A stretch of 63,128 nucleotides of DNA, filler included, from Aduncisulcus paluster (Eukaryota): the NCBI GenBank assembly GCA_024181965.1. It is 8 parts of 8 records of this genome, joined end to end, with 100 filler letters (N's around TTAATTAATTAA, not from the genome) between each part and the next. Parts side by side here need not be neighbours in the genome. Positions count along the whole stretch, not along the records: positions 16,456 to 24,532 come from BQXS01011017.1; positions 24,633 to 42,883 come from BQXS01011018.1; 6 more parts are not named here. One strand, given 5' to 3'. The position numbers were made by a program, and so were the translations under genes. A model generated the notes under the pieces. It did not search any database. It was given only the letters and a program-made list of their open reading frames with translations, and had not been told where the DNA came from. Below are positions 22,478 to 34,565 of the stretch, one piece after another. Each line of letters begins with the position of its first letter. Position 1 is the first letter of the stretch.

Positions 22478-24532
22478 CTATAATTTTGCCTTGGTTTTTC
22501 GTTGGTCTCGTTTGCTTTTTTCTCTTCTATCATCACGAACAGAGGAAAAATGTGAACGAACCTGGGATTGAGCAACCATCCTAAGATGAGTTGAAAGTTC
22601 AACCATTTCTCCAACTTCTTTTGACTGGCTAACCCTTTCTTTCTCTTGTTGTAACTTTTTAATTTGCTGAGAAACACCTTGACAGGCCTTGGAACCGCGA
22701 GTAACGAGTTGTTTAAGTGTTTTGTAATCGCTTTGAAGGCATAATAAATTTTCTTTTTCTTTGGATTCATCTTGCAAACAGATAGTTTGGTCAAGAAGCT
22801 CTTTTGTTTCACTTGTGGATGATGGCATGCTCAAGCTTTGAAGGATTTTCTCTCTTTCTTCCGCTTCCAAGCGAATATACATTCCAGAAAGTTTTGTGAG
22901 GTTGCACAGCACATCCAAATCAACTTCGCCTTCAACGTCCTTCTTGCGACCAGTGGAGGCCGAAGAAGAAGTCTGAATTGAACTGTCGATCATTATTTTC
23001 CCTTGTCTCTGGCTGACAGCCTTTGAAATGGCTTCAGAAGGTGGCGTTTCAACCATGGCAATTCCATCAACTAATTTTTCATACCCCCCAAACTCATTCA
23101 CCTCTTCACAACTCTTGAAACAGTAATTATGGAAAGATATAATATTCTTATTATTGAGGAATGTTCTTGCGGTGTGCAATGTTTTCTTGTCACGGAGGTC
23201 AACAGCCAAACACATATCAAGAGATGGGATGGAGAACGGGAGTCCCGGAAGCCCAAATCTGTCCGTAACTCCTTTCCCTCCCTGTGGTAATTGTGGCGGT
23301 TCAACTGACCTTGAACGAACACTGCTTGAAGGGGAATAATCCTCATATTCCATGCTTTGAGACCTGTCTTGAATGTGAAGAGCTTCAACATTTCCATCTT
23401 CTTCCTCACTTCCAACAACTCCATCTCCAAAGTGCTCAGTATCAATTGCAACTCCTTCACCATCTTCAACATTCTGGAACCTAGAACTTCTTTCGACCTC
23501 ACCTTCAAACTCTCCTTCATCTTGTTCATGGTCTTCTTCATCTTGTTCTTCTTCCCAATGTTTCTCGGTGGTTTCTTCCTCCTCCTCTTCTTCCCATTCG
23601 CCAATGACACCATCCTGTCCTCGACTCCAGCGATCAGAAACGTAGGGTTTTGTCCTGTCTTTCTCCTCAGTGAAAGGATTTTCACCAGCATCGCGGTTGG
23701 AAAGATTTCGTTGGAGATTTCCTTCCTTTCTTGCAGTTTCTCTGACGCGAACACTCTTCGATACAACCTTTTGGCGAGCTGTGTCGCGTTGAGAGACCTC
23801 AGAAGGCGTATGAAGAGATGACATCGATGACTCAGGGAGTAATATTGAAGGGAAGGAAAGGGAAAGAGTAGGGGTTGAGGAAATATCATCACGGAGAACA
23901 GAAAAAAGAGAGAATAGGGAGGAAAGAAGATCGGGAGAGAACGGTGGGATGAAATCTTTGGGTTCAAAGTTACTCCATGTCTTGCCAGATCTCAAAGAAG
24001 AACGTTTAACCCGTTTCCTTCCACCGAAAGGTGGTTTCCCAAGATCTCCTTTGTTCCCTCCAGGAGGTGTTCTTGGAAGGGCAGCAGAGGGGTTTGAGGA
24101 AGGATCTGACAACACTGGAAGTTCACTAGTAGTAGCTTCTGTGACATTAATTTGAACACCAAAAATGGGATCAATGAATGTATTTGTTGGCTGTTGCTGT
24201 TGTTCTCTCTTCTTCTGCTCCTCAAGTTCTTGCTCTCTTTGGATAGCTCTTTCACGTTCCATTCTCTTTGCTTCCAAGACTTCTCGCTCAGCATCAGCCT
24301 TCTGAATAAGCTCGTAGAGTGAAGATATCAAATGGAAAACAGGGGAAGAAAGGGGAGGGGTTTCAGGCATGCTTGGATGGATGTTCCACCGAAGGAAACA
24401 ATCAACAATCGTTTCACAAGAGCAACGGTTTGAATAGTGCTCCTTTTCTTCACAATGCCTCGAGTTATCCTTGCCAAACACACTGTTCACAATCACACAG
24501 CTCTGGATAAGGGAACAGCACAAAGATATAAG
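22478..24532 (-). CDS. Hypothetical low-complexity/coiled-coil protein, 5'-partial
   Basis: 681+ aa ORF open to the contig edge; Glu-rich tracts and C-terminal coiled coil. Confidence 0.75.
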   Translation of the reverse strand, partial: LISLCCSLIQSCVIVNSVFGKDNSRHCEEKEHYSNRCSCETIVDCFLRWNIHPSMPETPPLSSPVFHLISSLYELIQKADAEREVLEAKRMERERAIQREQELEEQKKREQQQQPTNTFIDPIFGVQINVTEATTSELPVLSDPSSNPSAALPRTPPGGNKGDLGKPPFGGRKRVKRSSLRSGKTWSNFEPKDFIPPFSPDLLSSLFSLFSVLRDDISSTPTLSLSFPSILLPESSMSSLHTPSEVSQRDTARQKVVSKSVRVRETARKEGNLQRNLSNRDAGENPFTEEKDRTKPYVSDRWSRGQDGVIGEWEEEEEEETTEKHWEEEQDEEDHEQDEGEFEGEVERSSRFQNVEDGEGVAIDTEHFGDGVVGSEEEDGNVEALHIQDRSQSMEYEDYSPSSSVRSRSVEPPQLPQGGKGVTDRFGLPGLPFSIPSLDMCLAVDLRDKKTLHTARTFLNNKNIISFHNYCFKSCEEVNEFGGYEKLVDGIAMVETPPSEAISKAVSQRQGKIMIDSSIQTSSSASTGRKKDVEGEVDLDVLCNLTKLSGMYIRLEAEEREKILQSLSMPSSTSETKELLDQTICLQDESKEKENLLCLQSDYKTLKQLVTRGSKACQGVSQQIKKLQQEKERVSQSKEVGEMVELSTHLRMVAQSQVRSHFSSVRDDRREKSKRDQRKTKAKL

Positions 24533-24632
24533 NNNNNNNNNNNNNNNNNNNNNNNNNNNNNNNNNNNNNNNNNNNNTTAATTAATTAANNNNNNNNNNNN
24601 NNNNNNNNNNNNNNNNNNNNNNNNNNNNNNNN
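24533..24632. other. Artificial contig linker
   Basis: N44-TTAATTAATTAA-N44. Confidence 0.98.
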
Positions 24633-27600
24633 CCCTCAGGAGACCGCTTGTACCCTTGCTCTGGCAATCTGTGGATGTGTGTATGTCATTACTATGTGTT
24701 TTAGAAGTGGCAGTGTCTGCACTGTCTGTGTTGGTGACTGTGTTGGTGTGTGGTGTGTATGGGGCCTTGGAAATGCCACGATTTATGTAGAAAGGAGGAA
24801 AAGAAGAGAATGGCGGAAGAACTCAACTGATATTGAAGTCGATGTGGAAAGTGAGGGAGAAGAAGGAAAGAGAGAAGATGATGGAGAGGAAGATGAAGAG
24901 GAAGATGAGAAAGTTGAGGATATAAATAGACATTCGGGTTCGCAAACATTCTGTCCCACTCTTGAGATCCTCGTGATGGATGTGTGTGGAGTTCATGATG
25001 TTTCTCTTTTATTTAACATGCCCCTTGTGCATCGTAACGTAATGCCCTGGAGAATGACTCAGAAAGAGCTCAGAGATATGGCAATGTCGATAATTCATGA
25101 TAGAAAAAGAAAGGAAGAAGGAGAAGAAAGAGAAGAAAGAGAAGAGGAGGGAGAAGGAATTGATCGGTGTGGTGGATATGATCCAAAAATAGCATCTTTG
25201 AGTTCTATACTCCCGACTCACACTATATTTAGCAAAGTCAGTGACCTCCCCAATGTATTCAATTCTATTTATAGGACATCTACATCTGAGATTAAGAACT
25301 GCCGTTTAAGTTGTATCTGTGAAGAAGGTGGAATGGAAGCGTGGCGAAGAGAGCAAGAAGAGAGAGAGTGGAAAACTTTGGTTGTTGAAGAAAGGGAGAG
25401 AATTAAGAAGGAAATTATGGAAGATCATTTGCGAAGGAATGAAGAACGGCTTGAGATGAGGATAGAATTCGATAAAAATATGGTTTTGCAGGAGAAATCT
25501 GATCGGAAAGCCGTGTCTAGAATGGTGAAAACGGATGGTATCGATTCTGCTCAAAGGTTTTCACATGAGCTTGAAGATAAAAGAAACATGAAACGTGAAG
25601 AATTCCATTCTGTCCTGTATGAACACGAAAGAGAAGACGCGGAGAGGAAGGCTATTTTGATCGGAACTTACAAATCGTTTGTTCGAGAGCAATGGAATGT
25701 GAGAAATGCTGTTCATCTGTACAGGCAGAATAGTATAATACCTGGGCTTCATGGAAGGATCCAGGTCAACATTGCTGATATTCCTGATATCATGCACTCT
25801 TCTTACGATACCCTGTCTGATTTTGACTGCGACGAGGAGACATTCATGAGAAGATTTCCAAGTATGTTACATCCTTATTATTTTTCTATTTCACCGCCAG
25901 AAAGCTGTGTTGTTATGACATGTACTCTGACAGCGCACAGTTGTTTTGACTTGCTCATCAATCATGCAATTGTGGAGTATGAGAGGAAACGATCCTGGGA
26001 AGAATGGAACATGCTTGTATCCTCTATTCAAGAATGTGGGCAATCGTCTTCTATTGCAGAGCATTCCAATCCTCTTTTTTTGTACCCACCTTACACTGCC
26101 CCTTCAAAGAAATTTGATGACTCATTATCTTCGAATCCTCTCTCTTCCTCTCTTGCATCTCAATTTGTCTCGACGAATTCTGCTCTATATCCTCTATTTC
26201 TGACTCAGACTGGTCTTCTACATTGCCTTGCTTCATCTGGTGTCCGTCAAGTGCAAGAATTATTATTACTCTCGCTCTGCTGGGGCAAAGAGAAGGAAAA
26301 GGCTGATATGGATGGTCAATGTTTGAATGGTGGATGTTTTTCTGGATTGATATTCTCTGATATCCCAAGAGAGCTTATTCCAAGAGTTTTCAGACACCCA
26401 TATTTCACGGCTCCAAGATTCCCTGTTATTCCAAAGCATTACTTGACCTTGCCCACAATCACACCTTTGCCACTGCTGTTTACATTCCTATCTTCGTGTT
26501 CCGCGTCAATGTTATTGTCATCATCTCGACAGTTTTCTTCAATTATGACCTTAAAAGTGCTCGATTTTTTGACAGGCCACTGTTCCCGTGATCGAGGGTT
26601 GAGTATTCCTGTTTATTCGTCTGTGTGGAAGAGGAGACGATGGAGAAGAGAAGATTTCGAGAAAAAGAAATCTGAACCAGAAACGAAAGCTTCTTGGGAA
26701 GAATGGAAGACAATCATCAAGCGTCAGATAAGTGAAGGGAAACATGGGGACAATTTCCAATTGTATGGATATGATTTTGACACACGAGAAGCTCTGAAAA
26801 GTGAAGAGATTTTATTGATGTGGAAAGCCATGGCCAGTGGTGATAAAAAGAAGAAGAAAGGCGCTGTGTCGACCGTGCTTGATTCTTTATTTCTTACTAC
26901 AATACAATCAAATTCTGGAACCTCTCCAAAGGTTAATTGTGCATCTCGTGACCCTGAAAGTACCTTGTCTTCACTTCCATCGACGATATCTTTGAGTCTT
27001 CTGTCTTTCTTACTCCGTAGAACCTTTGATTATGGAGATATTGAGATGATCGAGATGTTTGAACAAGATATTAAGGTAGATTCCAAGGAAAGAAAACGGA
27101 TCAACAAATTATTCTTCTTTCCTCCCCCTCACACAGAGTCTTTGGACCCTAAAACATTAAGTACTCTCTCATTGACAAACCATAGCCCCAATCCAAACAA
27201 GACCAAGCACCAAAACAAGAAGAAGAAGAAGTCTAGGAAGCAATGTGATGTTCTTACTGATTATGCAGCGGGTCCTTCCTTTTCAACATTACGTGTCTCA
27301 TCCCAAAGGAAGTCTGGAGATGCCTTACTTGAAGAGACCAATGATATGTCATTTTTTACTTGCTCTCCTTCTCCCCTCGCCCCATTACAGCCCAATCAAA
27401 GTGAATCCATGTCTACCTTCTTGTCACACCCTTTCGAATCATCGGTATCGGCCTATAAAAAGACACGGAATAAGATGTCGTATACTTGGGCTCAGCGTGA
27501 AGAATGTTACACTGTTGCTCGTGGGATCTGTGAGAGAGATGGCTGGTGGTTATGGCGACGTGAGCTTGAGAAGAAGAGGATAAGGAAGAAGATGAAGAAT

Positions 27601-30600
27601 ATTCATGAAGAATTCTCCGATGGTTCTTGTCGTAGTGTTCCTGCTTCCTCTCCCCCGGGCAGTGAAGTTCATCCTGAATGTCCTGAACGTGAGGAAGAGT
27701 ATGATGAGTATGTTCGAGTTGAGGATGTTAATGTTAAAGTGGGTGATGGTGTTATGAATGCAAAGGAGGATAAGAAGAGAGGAGAGAGTGAAAGAGAAGA
27801 AGAAGAAGAAGAAGAGGAAGAAAGAGAGAAAGCGTCTGATTCTGTTTGTGCCAATAATACTGGAGTTTCTCATTTCCACTCTTCTCATCCCGAATTATCT
27901 TCAATCCGCTCTCCCTCCTTTAAATATAAACAGTCTTCTTCTCGTATTCTTCCACCACCTTTGTGCTCGTGTCCCCACTCACCTTCTTCAAGAGTCAGTG
28001 AAGGTGGTGTTTATGCTGTCGTAATGTCCCATCTTATAATTTCAACAGGGCCTTCCATCAATGAAATGAAGGACAACTCATCAGGAACAAAGATTTCTTC
28101 AAGTCCTGATCCGCTCCCTTCTTTGCTCTCATCGACCCTCTCTGCTGTTCAGCGTGTTTCTTATGGTATCCCCAGTCTGGTTAATTACTTTGATGAGTCA
28201 GTAGGGTCCTGGAAGTCAGAAGAAGAAGAGGAAGAGTCTCGTGGAAACTGCCGGGGATCCGTGAGTCTTGGACAAGGGTCATTCATTGGACGAAGTTTCT
28301 TCGAGTGGGATATCTTGGATAACGAATGGCAGTCCGACGAAAAGAAGAAGATGCGATGTGAAAGAGATATCAAAAGAGGGAAAGAAATGATAAGAAGTGC
28401 CTCTCTGCGGATTCTTGAAGGCGAAAAGGAGAAGGAGGGTGAGGGAGAGAAGAAGAGAGAGAAGAATGAAGAGAAGAAAGGAAGAGGGAAAGATGAGGAT
28501 ACGGGGAAAGATGGACCGAGATGTAAATCACCTGCTTTGACCCCTTCTTTGCCTCCAACACAACCTCTTCCGCCCGTATCTTCCGTTCTCTTCTCGTGGT
28601 CTCCTCTGGGTGTGTGTGGAGATGTGGACTCATACGTTGAGAGAGATAGGGAAAGGTATCTGCCAATCATCGTGTGGGAAGCAACAAACAGACGCATCGA
28701 GGAACATCGGAGGTTTGTGGAGGAACAGGAAGAGATTAAGGCCATGGGATTGGGCTTGTCCGGTGAGAAACTGTCAAAGAAAGATCTTAAACGCATTAAG
28801 AAAGCCTTCAAGGACCGTGACTCTGTTGGACCCATTCCCATCCACTGTTTCTCTCTGTCTGATATGAATGATGTGTTCCCATACATATACATGCCCTCGA
28901 AGATACCTCCATTGAACATATCACATTTATCCCATCTCACTCTTGCTCCGATATGCAGTCAAGTATATAGTCGAATCCCAACCACAACTCTTGTTGGATG
29001 CGTTAGAGGTGGAATTGAAGAGTATTTATGCAATGTGTCGCAGGAATCTATGATATCTTTCGCTTCTCTTTTGGCGTCATCACCAAAGAAAAAGGATGGC
29101 AAGGAGGAGGAAGAGAAGGAAGAGGAGAAGAAAGAGAAACCCAAGGGCGAGGTGTGGGAAGAAAGAAATCAAATTGTTTATTCTCATACCATTCCACCGT
29201 CTTTCCTTCTCTTCACAACACTCAGAACCTTGCTCGAACGTATCCCAATGCCAGGTCCGATGGAATCGAGTGTAGAATCTGTCTGTAGGGATATATGGGG
29301 AGTGTTATGCACTGTATTCGAACGTATGGGAATGGCTATGGTGGCCGGAGGTGGAGAAAAGAGGGAAGGGAACAGACGAAGCTCAATATTCACCCCAGTT
29401 ACTCCTGTTTCATCTTCTTCGGGGACTGTATTATCGGAAGATAATGTTCCCAAGACTCCGAGTGGTGTTATTGATACTAAACGAGCTGATTGTTCGACTG
29501 TTCCTGTTCCACTCAAACCAATGCCTATTAAATCTCGCCATCGAAAGAATGCAAGCTCTGTATCTGCATCTGTGACATCTCCTGAATGTTCCGTGACTCT
29601 GATTACAACTGATCCAGACGAAGACAACAGTGGTGTGTCCTTGTACGAGTCTCTTTCTATACTTATCGAGGCTGCTCGCCCAATATCTCTTTCTGTTCCT
29701 GCGTCTATTCTGATAAAGTTTGCTCAGGAAGCTCATGCACAGAGCACAGGTGGGTGGAGAGACATGGAAGATAGAGAACTTGTTCGCTTGAGAATGGCAA
29801 TGAAAGCTGCTCAAAAGAAGGACGGAGAGGGAGATAAAGAGAAAGAGGGGAAAGTGGAGGAGAAAGAGGATAGAGAGAGAGATTCTGTTTCCGAGAGATT
29901 GGATGGGGAGAAGGCCATTGATGAGTGTTTTGTTCCGTCCCACTCTCTGTCATCATATCTTTCATTCTCACTCGCTCAGTCATCTTCCTTCTGTGAACCT
30001 GACTCGAGTGAAATGAAATTGAGGAGTAGAGATAGCCGCAAGAAAGGATTGGGTGTAGATCTCGAGGAAGGAAGTGGGAAGACATTTAAGGTTCCAAATC
30101 GTCTTCATTATGGAGTGTCAAGCAGTGAACAGATTGTGTCGTCGGCTCCCTCTGCTTTCGTTGAGAGAGGACGTCGAAATGCTGAGTTTACTGCTTGCCA
30201 CGCGTCTTCTGCCACATGTCCTGGTGAAGATTCCGTGAAAGATATTTCACAGACTCAAGGGTCGTCAGAGGATACATCCAAAATGGAAGAGAAGCTCTCG
30301 CTTCCAATGGCAAAGAGGCTGCACCGAAGGAAACGGCTCAACAAACGTGTTGATCACCACCGAGCAGTGTTCGATCGAAGCGTGAGAGCTGATTCCCACG
30401 CTTACCATTTGCTGCACACTGCGTTGTCCTCTTCATGCTGCCTTGATGCCACCTCTGATGATCAAGGACACTCGCAAGAACTTGCTGAGGATGATTTTCT
30501 TGGTCAAACCCAATGCGCGCCCCTTCAAATTAGAATGAAGACACTCGAAGGAGGACGAACTGAGGATGAAGAATATGGTGAACATGTTATCGGAATGCTA

Positions 30601-30633
30601 TCAAATGAATTGATTGACTCTGAGCTTTTGTGA
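24633..30633 (+). CDS. Very large hypothetical protein (~2000 aa), 5'-partial
   Basis: Frame open from 24634 to the stop at 30633; Glu/Lys/Ser-rich insertions; no domain recognised. Confidence 0.8.
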
Positions 30634-31169
30634 GATCTCACTGAGATCAATTTTGATACGAGTCTAGTATACGAGATAATAAAACGACAATACTTCGTCC
30701 AGCGTTATAAAAACGCAACGTTTCATCGCATCACCCCAAACACCACCTCCACGCCCGCAGGAGGAGTCCAACACTAATGCCATCTGACCTAGGTTATGTT
30801 ATCGATAGGGTTGATAAAGGGAGGAACCACTGGGTGGTGCCACTCAATCGAAATCAAGCAGAGTAGCTACCCTTAACTTAAGGGCCTTAAGTGAAGGGCC
30901 AAACCAAAAATGGCTTAGACATTCTTTATTTTTCATATTTTTTTTTGCAATTGCCATTTCAGCTGCTCATGCTCTTCCCATACTTTTCTCTGAGATTATG
31001 AGCCTTCTTCTTACATCTTACCTATATACCTGTATGTCCCACTCTCTTCCAGACTCCGCTAGGAGATAAATAAAGCGTTGCAATTGCCAACTGTATCTCG
31101 ATCCGAGATATCTCGGAAATTGCGGGTACAAATTCTTGCAGCAAGAATCTTGATGAACAGATGAATATA

Positions 31170-34082
31170 TTAGGATATCCTTTTATCAAATAAGAGCTCT
31201 ACTCCAGCACTTGATTCTTCAAAAATACAATACATTGATGCTCTCAATTGTCTCTCTGTTTTAAATGGCATAGAAACAAGTAATCGCTGTGGAAGAAGAT
31301 ATTGAATTAGCGAAGAATGGATAATTCGATAAGGTTCGGTTGATCTTGCTTGAAATTCAGAAAATCTACTCAAATTATTCCCTTCTATTCTTTGGCCAGA
31401 AAATTTATCTTGAGATTCTCCAAAAATGTTTGTGCCACAAATATCAGTGATACACCAAGAATGAAGAAACGAAGATGACTTTCTACCACCAACTATTTCG
31501 GGAAGGGAGACAATTATTTTCATTCCTGAACATATCGAAGTGGCATATAGTTTCCTATCAATCTCCAATGATAGAGATGTCTCAATTGAAGGAATGACAG
31601 AAATCATGGGATTAGAATAGAAAAAACTGATTAAATTCTTGCTAGATATATAGGAAATAACATTAAAAATGTACAATTTGATATCGATTGGTCGACAACA
31701 ATTCTTTTCAAAGCACCATTTCATGTTGGAATCATATCGAGGGGATAAAAATGGAACAAGGGAGGGGATGTGAGATAACATAGAAACTAATCCTCCCCAA
31801 AAGAATAAAACCCAAAAGGATTGGTCAATATGACATCCTTTCCATTTCTTCAAAGATTCTTGGGAGATAATGAACCATTCATCAAGAAGATCTCGAACAT
31901 TTTCAAAGATTTCGAGTGTATTTGCTTGGCTAATACACAAATTGGAGAAGAAACGCAAAGCTTCTCCATGATTATCCTTTAAAATAGCAGAGCTTGCAAA
32001 TTCTTTCCTGACGACATCAAGAACAGGGTGGAACAAACACCAAACTTCAGAACAAATTGACTGTCTTGGAAAAAGATTAGGTCCAAAAGATCCAGTAATA
32101 TCTGATAAAACAAGCATCCAATCACCTAACAACTCACTATCTTTGTATATCATTAACCAATCTTTTAAATACGGTCTAATAGTGTGAAGAATCAATGAAG
32201 AGAGGTTAAGGGAAGGAATTGAGGTCAATTTGGAGAGTAACTTGAGTATTTGCAATAATTTTGATGGAATATCATCTCCCAACATCTTTTTGCTCCCTCT
32301 TTCAAGAATTCCTTTCAAATTTGATAATATCATTGATACGATTGTTGATGACTCATGAAAAGATTCCTCAAAGGAAAGAAGATAAATACATTGGATACAT
32401 ACAGTACAAAACTCGTTGTCAATATAACCTTTCAAAACTTTCTCAACCCTGGAAAGGTGAGGAATGAATGTAGAAAAAATATCTTTGCGAATATCATAAT
32501 TTTTCCCACAACGCCAATATCTCACAGACCAAATCAAGCATTTTATACACAATTTAATCTCAATTTTATGTTTTTCAATCTCACTACTTGATTGAAGGTT
32601 GAGAAAAAAAGAAATAATATCATCTCGATATGTCTGATAAGATTTGAAAATGACAGGATCACAGTCTTTAACTCTTTCTGACTTTATATACCCTTGAATG
32701 ATAGTTTCCATAATATATCCCCATTTAAATTGAGGATAACAATTCAAGACATATCGAAGATATGATGAAATAGAATGAATTTTGAAGGTATATGAAGCTC
32801 TTTCTTCACCTACAGTCACACAGAGTTCCATAGTTTCATCAAATTTTGGCGATAAATGAGGAACGATCACTGAAACCTTTGAAAACATGGAGATTAAACC
32901 AGCCCAAGCTAAAATTCCATGAACATTGATGTTTTCTTCCATGGTTTCAAACCAATAATCAAGAAACTCTTTCGTACTTTCATATATCTCAAAAGCCTGA
33001 GAGGAAATCGAACTCATTAACGAAAACCACATTAGAGAATGAAAGATGGAGTCATCATCAAATGTAACACCTTTGGAAGCAGTATCCTTAATCACATCCA
33101 AGACAGGATGGAACACAAACCAGAGTTGTGAGGAACGATATTTATGTGGAGTGATATCATGGATATCTCCGACCTTATCAAGAGTGAGGTTCTTCAAGAT
33201 ATTTATCCAATGTAAAAAGAACTTCTTGTCAGGATACTTCTTCATCCAAGGTAAGATGTGAGGGAGAAGAAGAGATAAAAGGGAATCCTTGGTTGGGTTA
33301 TCTCTTGTCAAGCTAATATAGCTTAAGATCCAAAGGATATCTTCAATGAAAGAATCTTCGAATGTCTTGGATATACCAAGAGTTAGTAGATTGGAGAGGA
33401 ACGGGAAGATTTGGCAAGTGATCTCAGAAAGAATGGCCTTATATTTCACATAAAAGCATTGAAATTCAAATAATTGCATGGGTTGAAAGTATACAAAGGC
33501 ATTTCTAATTATTCGAACCAGTGTTCTTGTGATAATATTCATTCGATTGAGCTTATTATCCTTTTTATCGACAGAAAAAACTATTTCAGATTTAATTGAA
33601 GAAGAAATATCAGATCTACTGGACAGTCTTCTTTTCCCAATCTTATAAAATATTTCCTCTTCAGTCTGTTCTGTTTTGTCAAGGGAGGTTCTCAAAATTA
33701 ATTCAACTCTCAACATTGAAGAAAGAAAATGTTCGATCAATTCTTCCAAAAGATGTGATTCATGAGAACTATCTTCAGCCGCTTTGACTTTCACGCTGAT
33801 AAAACTACCATCTTTGGAAATAGAGGGATCAGTGATTTCATGTCTAATTAATAAGGATAAACATTCAAAACAGAGATTAAAGCAATGTAAGGTAGAAATA
33901 GATGGTGCCAATTCATCAAATATAGCTCTTAAAACGGGACAATATTTATGAAACACGATTCGCAAGTCTGATTGAGATGAAGAGCTTTGGATATCTCTTC
34001 GAAATAAGTTAAGTTCGTTTTTCAAGTTTTTTGATTCTGGAAGAAATGCCATTGTAATAGATACTCTAGAGTATTTCACCAT
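31170..34082 (-). CDS. Lineage-specific alpha-helical (ARM/HEAT-like) repeat protein, 970 aa
   Basis: Duplicated module: LW.(V/L)FHPVLDV, (F/L)LD.WF, W.GL(I/V)SM.S, LSP(K/R).D..M..C. Confidence 0.8.
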   Translation of the reverse strand: MVKYSRVSITMAFLPESKNLKNELNLFRRDIQSSSSQSDLRIVFHKYCPVLRAIFDELAPSISTLHCFNLCFECLSLLIRHEITDPSISKDGSFISVKVKAAEDSSHESHLLEELIEHFLSSMLRVELILRTSLDKTEQTEEEIFYKIGKRRLSSRSDISSSIKSEIVFSVDKKDNKLNRMNIITRTLVRIIRNAFVYFQPMQLFEFQCFYVKYKAILSEITCQIFPFLSNLLTLGISKTFEDSFIEDILWILSYISLTRDNPTKDSLLSLLLPHILPWMKKYPDKKFFLHWINILKNLTLDKVGDIHDITPHKYRSSQLWFVFHPVLDVIKDTASKGVTFDDDSIFHSLMWFSLMSSISSQAFEIYESTKEFLDYWFETMEENINVHGILAWAGLISMFSKVSVIVPHLSPKFDETMELCVTVGEERASYTFKIHSISSYLRYVLNCYPQFKWGYIMETIIQGYIKSERVKDCDPVIFKSYQTYRDDIISFFLNLQSSSEIEKHKIEIKLCIKCLIWSVRYWRCGKNYDIRKDIFSTFIPHLSRVEKVLKGYIDNEFCTVCIQCIYLLSFEESFHESSTIVSMILSNLKGILERGSKKMLGDDIPSKLLQILKLLSKLTSIPSLNLSSLILHTIRPYLKDWLMIYKDSELLGDWMLVLSDITGSFGPNLFPRQSICSEVWCLFHPVLDVVRKEFASSAILKDNHGEALRFFSNLCISQANTLEIFENVRDLLDEWFIISQESLKKWKGCHIDQSFWVLFFWGGLVSMLSHIPSLVPFLSPRYDSNMKWCFEKNCCRPIDIKLYIFNVISYISSKNLISFFYSNPMISVIPSIETSLSLEIDRKLYATSICSGMKIIVSLPEIVGGRKSSSFLHSWCITDICGTNIFGESQDKFSGQRIEGNNLSRFSEFQARSTEPYRIIHSSLIQYLLPQRLLVSMPFKTERQLRASMYCIFEESSAGVELLFDKRIS

Positions 34083-34339
34083 TTTATGAGTTTAGTAAAT
34101 TTTGTTATTATAACAGCAATGGTTCACTAATATGAGTAAATTTTGGCACCGAGAACACTATCAGTTAAACAAAAAAGGGAAAATCATCTGAAAAAATGGA
34201 AGAATCGTTGCAACGCGTTTGCAAAGAATCAACAGTTAGATCTGTGAGTTCACATTGAAACAATCAATTAATTGGTATAAGGATCGATTTTAATAATCAT
34301 TTATCCAATAAATATAAATAATTTGTTGTCTACGACACA

Positions 34340-34428
34340 AAAAACTTCAATTGAATTGTGTGTGTGTGTGTGTGTGTGAAAGCCTTTCACGGGTTGAACC
34401 CCCCCGAGTCAAAAACTTCAATTGAATT
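34340..34428 (-). mobile_element. 53-nt insertion with (CA)n tail flanked by an 18-bp direct repeat (putative target-site duplication)
   Basis: AAAAACTTCAATTGAATT at 34340-34357 and 34411-34428; insert is (GT)n followed by two small inverted repeats. Confidence 0.55.
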
Positions 34429-34565
34429 CACTGGATTAATCTGGCAGATTCGAAAATTTCGAAATGGATCACAGATCTGGGCTTAAATTCTCAAATCAAA
34501 GAAAATCTTTTTTATTCAGTTCAAAGAATGATCCAGAATTCAACAAACTTCAAAGATTAGTCAAA

